DNA of 40,807 nucleotides from positions 1-40,807 of IMG/VR virus record IMGVR_UViG_3300050821_010761; one strand, given 5' to 3'. Below the pieces are notes generated by a model that worked only from the letters and a program-made list of their open reading frames with translations, had not been told where the DNA came from and did no database searches. The stretch's first letter is position 1. Every line of letters begins with the position of its first letter. The position numbers were made by a program, and so were the translations under genes. This document shows, one piece after another, positions 1 through 7,874 of this stretch. This stretch comes from a virus. Its lineage: Duplodnaviria; Heunggongvirae; Uroviricota; Caudoviricetes.

Positions 1-2245
1 CGTAGCCCAACAGAGAGCCACTGCTACTCGATTAGAGGGAATGGGTCTTGGTGGAAATCTTTCAAAGCCAGCCCAAGAAGCTTACACAAAGTCTATCAAT
101 CAGACCAAAGTGGCGATGGACAAGTTCATTTCAGATCAAGCAAAAGGTCTAGAATATTCCGCTAAATTGATCAAGAAACAAGAAGATGGCTTAAGAAGTC
201 TAAGAGCCACACAGCAAAATATGACCAAAGATTCGAAAGAATATTTGGATGTACAAGAAAAAATCCAGAGAGCTGAAGCAAACATTTCTAGACAAAGAGA
301 ACAAGTAGCGGGCCGCTATAATGCTCTTAATCAGGGAATAGATGCCAGACAAGAAATGGATGCCACATTTCCAAAAAACAGATTCCAAAGGGTCATGGCT
401 AGTCCCTTCATGGGCGGCGGCATACGTGCTGGTGGATTTGCAGCAGGCTTGGCTGGAGTTGCGGAAACTGGAAGTAGATTTGCTGGATATAATCAAAGGC
501 TTGAGGAAGCTAGAGGATCAGCCATCCAAGGGACTGTTGGTCAAGATCTAGCTAGAGTTTATGGCGGTAAATCTGCGTTTGAGCAGATGTTTATGCAGGA
601 AAGAGGTGCAGCAGAAGGCTTATCTAAGCAGAAAGAAGACAGAAATAGAATCACCGACTACATAAAAGGTCTTGCTGGAGTTGCGCTTATAGGTGCAGGT
701 GCGGGATTGTCAACCACTGGAATCGGAGCTACCATAGGTGTTCCAATGATGGCGGGCGGCGTGGGAATGCTTGCTAATGATCGATCTCGTTTAGCTGTAA
801 CTGGAGGTGGTCAAGCATATGAACAAATGCTTGGTTCAGAAAGAGCGAAAGATTTTCGGACTAATTTGGAAAATTTAAAAAATCAAGATCCAAGAAAAAG
901 ACTTGCCTTAGAAGCATATGAGCAGAACTATAGAGGAGAACTCGATACACAGAGAACGCTAGGCTTGAGTGATCAAGAACTTCGTGGTGGCGGAGGATTC
1001 CAAGCGCGAGGTCATCAAGCGGGATTCATGAATGATCAGATGACTGGGATGGCACAAAGCATCGTCGGTGCTGGCGGATCGGCAAGGATGGGCGGTCAAG
1101 CACAATTTGGTCTTCAGATGCAACGTGCTGGGTTGACAAATGCCAGTGGAATACTTGGTTCTCTAAGTAATTCTATTCAATCTCCAGAATCCACAAAACA
1201 AGCCACGATTAGTATCATGGCAGAAGCGTTTCAGCGAGGATTAGATAGTACGACATTCGCTGAAGAAAATAGACGATTCACTCAGACTGTTGCTCAAGCT
1301 ATCGGAAGAAGCGGTGCTACCAATGTAGAAGATCAAGATAGAATTTCTAGGCTTATGGGCCAATTCCTTGGTGAAAGGACAAATCGTGGAGTTGAAGCCG
1401 CAGGAACTGCTTATGAAGCATTCCAGCAAAGAGGATCGCAGACTTCTGGTCGCCGTGGTGCTGTTAGAATGGCTGAAGCAATGAGCGATCCTAATTTGAG
1501 TAAGCTTGATACGCAAGAAATAAATGAACTCATGGCAGCTAGACCAGATCAATTAAATTCTACTAACCCAATGGTTATGGCATACGCTAAGAAAGCTGGA
1601 TTAAATCCAGATCAATTATTGGATAGTTTGCAGAGTGGAAGAAATCAATCGCGCTTCTTAGTTCCTGGTAGAAAAGCGAAGGCCGATGAATATTCGAAAA
1701 CTATAAATGATTATTTGCAAGTTAACGGCATGAGTTACGCTGAATTCGCCGAAAAGGCTAATCGTGGCGGCAATGAATTAACTGGTCAAGGCGCCCAAGG
1801 CGCTCAACAAGCTTTTGGTATGTTGCAAGGTTTGATCAGTATGGAAAATCCACAGGGTTATAACGAGAAAGACATTACTGCTCAGGCTGGCGAAGAAATC
1901 AATGCACGTAATCCTAATGCTCCTGCAGATCAAAAAGCTAGGGCGCAAGCTGAACTTGAAAGACGAGATAGGATGGGAGACCAAGTAGAAGCCGCAGGTG
2001 CTGCAGGTGAAGATCAAGCAAGAAAAGCTTTAAATGAATTGACACCCGATATAAGAAAAATGGCCGACGCTGCTAACTTATTCACTGATGCTATTACACA
2101 TGCTGCTACTACATTGCAAAGGCAATCACCAGGTCAATTGAATCAATTGCCTCAAGGTGGAGGGATGAATCTGGACGTTATGAGTCGTTTCAATACATCT
2201 ACTATTGATCCACAACAACCTCAAGGTGGAGTTCCTAAACAGTAA
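1..2245 (+). CDS. Tail tape measure protein (5' end lies outside the window)
   Basis: The frame is open from position 2 through the ATG at 41. The product is long, Ala/Gly/Gln-rich and helical, with a hydrophobic GxxxG stretch (GLAGVALIGAGAGLSTTGIGATIGVPMMAGGVG). It lies directly upstream of the hub and spike genes and is coupled by a TAATG overlap. Confidence 0.75.
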   Translation, partial: VAQQRATATRLEGMGLGGNLSKPAQEAYTKSINQTKVAMDKFISDQAKGLEYSAKLIKKQEDGLRSLRATQQNMTKDSKEYLDVQEKIQRAEANISRQREQVAGRYNALNQGIDARQEMDATFPKNRFQRVMASPFMGGGIRAGGFAAGLAGVAETGSRFAGYNQRLEEARGSAIQGTVGQDLARVYGGKSAFEQMFMQERGAAEGLSKQKEDRNRITDYIKGLAGVALIGAGAGLSTTGIGATIGVPMMAGGVGMLANDRSRLAVTGGGQAYEQMLGSERAKDFRTNLENLKNQDPRKRLALEAYEQNYRGELDTQRTLGLSDQELRGGGGFQARGHQAGFMNDQMTGMAQSIVGAGGSARMGGQAQFGLQMQRAGLTNASGILGSLSNSIQSPESTKQATISIMAEAFQRGLDSTTFAEENRRFTQTVAQAIGRSGATNVEDQDRISRLMGQFLGERTNRGVEAAGTAYEAFQQRGSQTSGRRGAVRMAEAMSDPNLSKLDTQEINELMAARPDQLNSTNPMVMAYAKKAGLNPDQLLDSLQSGRNQSRFLVPGRKAKADEYSKTINDYLQVNGMSYAEFAEKANRGGNELTGQGAQGAQQAFGMLQGLISMENPQGYNEKDITAQAGEEINARNPNAPADQKARAQAELERRDRMGDQVEAAGAAGEDQARKALNELTPDIRKMADAANLFTDAITHAATTLQRQSPGQLNQLPQGGGMNLDVMSRFNTSTIDPQQPQGGVPKQ

Positions 2246-4152
2246 TGGCTCAGACTAAAGCTTTCACCAAATTCATAGGTCCATTTGGATCAGATACTTC
2301 GGAGGGCAATCTAGTAAATGAATCTAGTCCTGCTTGGGTACTTACGTTTGTTAGATGGAACGTAAGAGATACTCTTAGGGCTATTCCTGAATCTGGAGTT
2401 TCCGCAGACTTGTTAGCAGTCAGACGACCGTTGGTTGTAGAAAATGACTGTATACAGGTTACTACCACTTCTAATAAATCTACACTTACTCCTTCTATGA
2501 CTGCAATTCTTAAAGAAACCGACGAAAATTATGCTACTGCCATTGCTCCAGGAGATTTTGTCTTTGTTAATATGCTCAATTGGGAATCTCATGCCAGGGC
2601 AGTTGTAGACATTGCAAGATCCAAAAATATTGGACCTATCAATAAGCAAAATCAAGGCTTCAAGGGCATATACAAAGTTCAAAGTGTTAGAAAGACAATC
2701 TCCGTAGACCAGGAAACGGGGATAAAACAGGTAGTGATAAGAGTTGACGGTTATGCATTTACTGAGTTTAACAATTCTATTTACTATAATCCTTATCTGC
2801 GAACCGATGTTCAGGGTACTCCAAAAGACGATCTTTTGTTTGCTTCAAATATTCATTTAGATTATAAACAATTGATGACTGGCGACAAGAAATTCTACAC
2901 TCAAGATCTCATAAAATTTTTGATACAATCTTTCATTGGTGTAGGCATTACTGATCAAGGCGGAACTTTTGCAGCTGGCTCACCAATAACCGCAAATACT
3001 CATTTTTACATTCCACAACAAGTTGGAATTTTTCTTGGATCTCCACAAGCTAAATCTGCAAAAGACGTATACAATTATTTATTTGGTATTCAGCATTATT
3101 CTACTTCACAGAATCAATCTTTGGCAATTGGTATGAATCCTTCCAATATTAATCCTACTGTGGATAATAGATTTTACAATACTAACATACCGTGTGAAGG
3201 CCAGTCTATAATTAAGGCTGAGTATTGGAATTGTCAGAATGCGTGGTCAATTTTAAATCAGTATACCAATGCTCCGCTTAATGAGATGTATACGTGTTTT
3301 AGGATAGCGCCCAATGGTTCTGTTATGCCAACCGTGGTATTGAGACAAATCCCTTTTACTACGGATTTTTTCAGTACTAGCACAGATCCCACTCAGCAAT
3401 CAACTAATGTGACCGTATTCTCTTCTCTGCCCAGATGGCAAATTAGTTCTGCTTTGATTACCGCATCTGATATAGGTAGGGACGAGGCCGCCAGAATTAA
3501 TTTCGTGCAGTTCTATGTTCAGCCAGGTGGCGATCCAACTAAAGCCGATGGATTTATTGCTCAACAAACCGCAGATAGAAATTATTCGTATGATATCAAT
3601 GACGTAATGAGAAGTGGCTTGAGACCACACGTCATTACTACCAATTTCGACGATCTAACCATTCTTAAAGATGAGAAAGTCGGTAGAAAATGGGCGCTTA
3701 TCATGGGCGACGCTCTGATCGGTGGGCATCTGAAAATGAACGGCACCATAGAGTGTATTGGTATAGCTCAACCCATTGCCGTGGGCGATAATTTACAATA
3801 CGATCAGATGGTATTTCATATTGAAGAAGTGACTCATAACTGTTCGATCAATCCTACAAACGGCGTGAAGAGTTTTAGAACGATATTGAAACTTAGCAAT
3901 GGCGTCTCTCTATCGACTACGAATACTGGTATAGCGTACCCAGAAATGGTCTACACGAATGCCTACAATGATCGTAAAAATGATTATAATAATATTGATC
4001 AAAACATGCCTGGAGTTTCTGAAGATCAAGACGTTTCCTATCGTCTAAATAATCCTTCTCCTACGGCAAATCAGGTTAAACGTCCAGATGCCCCTTTTGC
4101 TCAACCAGGTCAAATAATTAAGGTAAATACACCAGACGAATCAAATGAATAA
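2245..4152 (+). CDS. Baseplate hub protein (T4 gp27 / phage late-control D-like)
   Basis: 635 aa, between tape measure and spike. The C-terminal 'NGTIECIG...IAVGDNLQYD.MVFHIEEVTH' pattern resembles the final beta-barrel of gp27/gpD/VgrG hubs. Confidence 0.65.
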   Translation: MAQTKAFTKFIGPFGSDTSEGNLVNESSPAWVLTFVRWNVRDTLRAIPESGVSADLLAVRRPLVVENDCIQVTTTSNKSTLTPSMTAILKETDENYATAIAPGDFVFVNMLNWESHARAVVDIARSKNIGPINKQNQGFKGIYKVQSVRKTISVDQETGIKQVVIRVDGYAFTEFNNSIYYNPYLRTDVQGTPKDDLLFASNIHLDYKQLMTGDKKFYTQDLIKFLIQSFIGVGITDQGGTFAAGSPITANTHFYIPQQVGIFLGSPQAKSAKDVYNYLFGIQHYSTSQNQSLAIGMNPSNINPTVDNRFYNTNIPCEGQSIIKAEYWNCQNAWSILNQYTNAPLNEMYTCFRIAPNGSVMPTVVLRQIPFTTDFFSTSTDPTQQSTNVTVFSSLPRWQISSALITASDIGRDEAARINFVQFYVQPGGDPTKADGFIAQQTADRNYSYDINDVMRSGLRPHVITTNFDDLTILKDEKVGRKWALIMGDALIGGHLKMNGTIECIGIAQPIAVGDNLQYDQMVFHIEEVTHNCSINPTNGVKSFRTILKLSNGVSLSTTNTGIAYPEMVYTNAYNDRKNDYNNIDQNMPGVSEDQDVSYRLNNPSPTANQVKRPDAPFAQPGQIIKVNTPDESNE

Positions 4153-5212
4153 TTTTCTTGGCAATGGAACAGTATTACCTTCTGGGCTTCTTACGCATAA
4201 TCCTGCGGCAAGAATGGACGCTTTTAAGAAGACATTTCAAAACACCACGATGAAAGTGGGCGTAGTAGTTGCTACTTATCCAATTGATGATTCCAACAAT
4301 ATCAGTAAACTTTTTCAAGAATATGACATATTGGCATTCGAACAAAATGATAATAGCGGTGCTTCAGTAGGAATATACAAAAACTGCTATATGGCCTCTT
4401 CTCTTGGCGGCCTAGCAGATTGGTTCGAAATGAGCATCAGGAAGGTTGAAAAAATCACCACAAAAGGTCCTGTACCCCAATTGTCTGGCCAGAACGGATC
4501 TATAGTATTGTTGCTATGTTTGAATGGAGCGTCGGATACTGGAGTAATTGTCGGTGCTCTTGGTCATCCAGATAGACCAACTACTATCACTTCTGACGTT
4601 CCGCATTTAGAAGGCGAATACAACGGCGTTCATATAGTAGTAAATGCTGATGGTAGTACTAGTCTTACGTTCCAAGGTGCCACAGATAATAATGGCAATG
4701 TTGTAGATTCTACTCAGGGCAATACCGTAATGAGTATAGCCGCCGATGGATCCTACCAGGTTTCCCACAGCACCATAACACAAAACTTTAATCGAAACGG
4801 TAACGCCAGTTTGACGGCCACTAATGATATCTCCAACACCACACAGACTAACTTCAATGTAACTACACAGAAAGATGTCAATGTAAATGCTACAGGAAAT
4901 ATAAATACGCAGTCAAACAATTTAGTAATAAATGCATCTGGATCCGCAAACATCCAGGTACAAAAATGGATTTTGCAGTCTCAGTCTGATGTCAATTTGA
5001 CTGGTCAAACCGTTCAAGTATCAGCCGCCTCGATGGCTGGTATTAAAGCGCCTTCTATTGCAATGGATGGAGCAATATCAGTTGGTGGACCAAGTGGTAG
5101 TGGACAGCCGCTTTTACTAATGTCAGCAGTATTCATGGGGATAGGTAATTTAGGTCTTCCCGTCATTTCGCACGCTATCTCAGGATTTTCGGTCAACTCG
5201 CTCGCAACATAG
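4145..5212 (+). CDS. Baseplate central spike (gp5/gpV-like OB fold plus beta-helix)
   Basis: N-terminal OB-fold-like segment (GVVVATY...GSIVLLLCLNG...GVIVGAL) followed by short N/T/S/V-rich repeats typical of a triple beta-helix. Follows the hub gene. Confidence 0.7.
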   Translation: MNNFLGNGTVLPSGLLTHNPAARMDAFKKTFQNTTMKVGVVVATYPIDDSNNISKLFQEYDILAFEQNDNSGASVGIYKNCYMASSLGGLADWFEMSIRKVEKITTKGPVPQLSGQNGSIVLLLCLNGASDTGVIVGALGHPDRPTTITSDVPHLEGEYNGVHIVVNADGSTSLTFQGATDNNGNVVDSTQGNTVMSIAADGSYQVSHSTITQNFNRNGNASLTATNDISNTTQTNFNVTTQKDVNVNATGNINTQSNNLVINASGSANIQVQKWILQSQSDVNLTGQTVQVSAASMAGIKAPSIAMDGAISVGGPSGSGQPLLLMSAVFMGIGNLGLPVISHAISGFSVNSLAT

Positions 5213-5220
5213 GAGGCGAC

Positions 5221-5757
5221 GTGGATTTTACACAAATGGCATTACAATTATGGCCCTGTTGGCTTATGGGTATAATCATGATTTATTTGACATGCGCATC
5301 AAAATATGGGTACATGATGCGTGTAAGTTTGAAAGGACTATTTACATTTGGTAAGTTTCTTGCTTGCATTACGTTATTTAGATTCTTGATGTTTAAATTT
5401 TTGATACCTCATGATATGATTGGACAGATTCAGCAATCGGCAAATTTTATCCCACTGGGTGCGGTTTTTGGGGTATTTTGGGAAGATGCATGCCACTCCC
5501 TACCGCTAGTTTTGGCGTCCCGCATGTTCAGAGATAAGAAGTGGTATAAATATTTGGCCACTCCTTTGCTAGCCATAGTAATGGCATCTTTTGCCTGTGG
5601 ACACATTTATCAAGGCTGGGGACCCGCAATGGCGATTTCTTTGTATATCCCCATGGGAATGAATTTAGGAAAGAAACATGGATTTGGAACAGTAATGCTG
5701 GGACACATTATGTATGACATGTCAACTTTAATAATGATTAAATATCTAATCGGATAG
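5221..5757 (+). CDS. CPBP/CAAX-type (Abi family) intramembrane metalloprotease
   Basis: Several hydrophobic helices with ordered motifs WED (EE-like), FACGH (FxxxH) and HIMYD (HxxxN/D). GTG start preceded by AGGAGG. Confidence 0.75.
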   Translation: MDFTQMALQLWPCWLMGIIMIYLTCASKYGYMMRVSLKGLFTFGKFLACITLFRFLMFKFLIPHDMIGQIQQSANFIPLGAVFGVFWEDACHSLPLVLASRMFRDKKWYKYLATPLLAIVMASFACGHIYQGWGPAMAISLYIPMGMNLGKKHGFGTVMLGHIMYDMSTLIMIKYLIG

Positions 5758-5759
5758 CA

Positions 5760-6035
5760 ATGGCAGACGAGAAAGAAGATCCCAAAAGTCCATATGGACA
5801 ATATACAACTGCCGATGTGGTCGAAGTTGAAGCTGGCCATTATTTTATACAGGTCGGCGGGGATATTTTTTCTTTTGATGGAAAGATGGCTTTTACCCGT
5901 GATAGAGTGGAAAAGCTATACGACAGTATCCATGGAGATTTGATGGCCATGAAAGAAAATGGGACCAATAAACAAAAAGAAGACGCGGAAAGTTGTTTAT
6001 TGCTTTTGCGTATTCATCCAATGCGAGTACACTAA
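5760..6035 (+). CDS. Hypothetical protein (91 aa)
   Basis: Fills the gap between its neighbours, and its TAA overlaps the next ATG (TAATG). No recognisable motif. Confidence 0.65.
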   Translation: MADEKEDPKSPYGQYTTADVVEVEAGHYFIQVGGDIFSFDGKMAFTRDRVEKLYDSIHGDLMAMKENGTNKQKEDAESCLLLLRIHPMRVH

Positions 6036-7174
6036 TGATAGTTCAGGCCGACAGAATTTCTTTTTCATCTTATCAAGTACTTGCGCCTTCTCAAATCAAG
6101 AGCATTCAGCAAGCACAAGCTACTCTTACTGCGCAAATCGCTCAGTCTCAAGCATTGGATACGGCTAATGATAATTTATTCGCTCCAGTAAATACCCTAG
6201 TTACGCAATACCAGAATGAATTTAACTACATAGACGGCAATACCAGAACTACTATAACAGAGCAAAATATCACCGATGCTGCCAATAGAGTATTAAATAA
6301 CTTCTTTTTTCCAAATAATACTCAAAATTCTGTCGGTCCATTGGCACCCAATAATATATGGACGCAAACTATGCCGTTTGCTATGTGCGCTGGCATCGGT
6401 TTACCTTACTCTGGTACTTTTCCAACTCCTTCTTCCACTGGTGAAAATGAACTCATCACTGTTATTTTGGCTTACGTCTCCGATCCAGGATCTGGAGTTT
6501 TGGATCCAATTGTAAACAATTACATTGCAACTTTAAATAATGAATCTACCGCACTGGCTGCCAATACGGATACTAATAGTGGTAATCAAGCACAAAATAC
6601 TGCAGCTGCCAATAACATCAGTAATGTAATTTTACCTGCTCTCAATTCTTACATTTCTTCTCCAAACTTTACCGCTTTGCAGATTGCCGTGAATACTAGG
6701 AAAACTTTTATCACCACAAGAATATCGCAACTGGGCACAATTCTTGGCTCGATTACGCAGAATATATCCAATGGATCCATAACCGCCAGCAGTGGTCTGT
6801 ATGGTCAGAGATACGGATACATGAATTTGAGACTTAATGCTTTGAATGGTTCCTTGACAATTTTGGCAAATCTGCAAGCGGCGAATAATGCACAGAATTC
6901 TACTATTAGCAATATACAGGCCAATTCTACGACTTACTATGGCATACTACCAACAAGCGGTTTTCAATCAAGCGCTAACGGTACTGCGTCTGTCTCTTTG
7001 ATTAATGCTAGCTTCGTAAGTCCTGGCGATTCTGTATATGTCACAGCAGATAATCAGATAGAAATGCAACTTGCCGTGAAAGCTGTGGCGGGAAATTCCG
7101 TTACTTTGAGCAGTGCGGTACCATCAAAGTATACTACCGCTAGCAATGTCAGACTTTACAAAGATCTAACTTAA
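6035..7174 (+). CDS. Putative virion structural protein (N/Q/T-rich helical body, C-terminal small beta-barrel)
   Basis: Start re-assigned from 5993 to the ATG in the TAATG overlap at 6035. Composition matches the other structural genes. The C-terminal 'VSPGDSVYV...VKAVAGNSVTLS' barrel resembles modules in the baseplate proteins. Confidence 0.6.
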   Translation: MIVQADRISFSSYQVLAPSQIKSIQQAQATLTAQIAQSQALDTANDNLFAPVNTLVTQYQNEFNYIDGNTRTTITEQNITDAANRVLNNFFFPNNTQNSVGPLAPNNIWTQTMPFAMCAGIGLPYSGTFPTPSSTGENELITVILAYVSDPGSGVLDPIVNNYIATLNNESTALAANTDTNSGNQAQNTAAANNISNVILPALNSYISSPNFTALQIAVNTRKTFITTRISQLGTILGSITQNISNGSITASSGLYGQRYGYMNLRLNALNGSLTILANLQAANNAQNSTISNIQANSTTYYGILPTSGFQSSANGTASVSLINASFVSPGDSVYVTADNQIEMQLAVKAVAGNSVTLSSAVPSKYTTASNVRLYKDLT

Positions 7175-7180
7175 GCGATT

Positions 7181-7216
7181 TGTACCACTTTTCACGTCGC
7201 ATTCAAAAGTGGTACA
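7181..7216. terminator. Inverted repeat between convergent genes, probable bidirectional terminator
   Basis: Perfect 12-bp stem TGTACCACTTTT (7181-7192) / AAAAGTGGTACA (7205-7216) with a 12-nt loop. It occupies most of the gap between the stops at 7174 and 7217. Confidence 0.6.
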
Positions 7217-7798
7217 TTAAGGATCGCAGCGATTAAACATTTCATCGAGATATTCTCTCTGATGATGTTCTATGCAGAATGTAGAAGGGATTCTTGGATA
7301 CATTATGCTTAAGGGACATCCATCTGCATATCTTCCAGGTAGAGCAGCGTAAAATGGCAGTTTACGAGTCCATCTGCTAATCCATGCTACCGTATCCTCT
7401 ATAGGGATCGACTCATACGGTGTTCCATCGGCATAATCATGTGGCCTATTGCACAAACAATGTGTAAGTTCGTGAAATAAGAGCATTTTTCTAGATGCCT
7501 TTGAATTTTCATTCCACCATCCAGTATCCAGATCGATTTCTCTGATGGATCTGCCCCAATTTCTGTAACACACACCTATGACTTGACCCGCTTTGATATT
7601 AGTAAAACCCACTGTGACTGGTTTTGTAAGTTTTATATCGTGCGATTGTGCAAGTTTTACATAATCGTAAACAATAGGTTTTGCTCTGCTGTCAATTCCA
7701 ATGTAATGTGGAGTGAACCTATCTTTCAGTTTTGGTACCTTGGATTCATTGCAACTGCATGAAAACAATACAAAAAGTAGCAAAAAAAGTCGTCCCAT
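7217..7798 (-). CDS. Secreted/lipoprotein zinc metallopeptidase (metzincin/matrixin-like)
   Basis: N-terminal hydrophobic leader ending in FSCSC (lipobox-like), zinc motif HELTHCLCNRPH (HExxH...H) and a Met-turn-like SIMYP. Confidence 0.7.
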   Translation of the reverse strand: MGRLFLLLFVLFSCSCNESKVPKLKDRFTPHYIGIDSRAKPIVYDYVKLAQSHDIKLTKPVTVGFTNIKAGQVIGVCYRNWGRSIREIDLDTGWWNENSKASRKMLLFHELTHCLCNRPHDYADGTPYESIPIEDTVAWISRWTRKLPFYAALPGRYADGCPLSIMYPRIPSTFCIEHHQREYLDEMFNRCDP

Positions 7799-7803
7799 AT
7801 AAG

Positions 7804-7850
7804 TGATATATCATATCTGCAAGGGCATGCCCTAACCCCACAATCTTATT
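7804..7850 (+). promoter_or_regulatory. Divergent intergenic control region: palindrome TGATATATCA, palindrome AGGGCATGCCCT and motif CAATCTTATT
   Basis: TGATATATCA at 7804-7813, AGGGCATGCCCT at 7822-7833 and CAATCTTATT at 7841-7850, followed by a GGGAG RBS and the ATG at 7875. Confidence 0.55.
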
Positions 7851-7874
7851 ATGATGAAAAGGGAGCGCGTTTAA

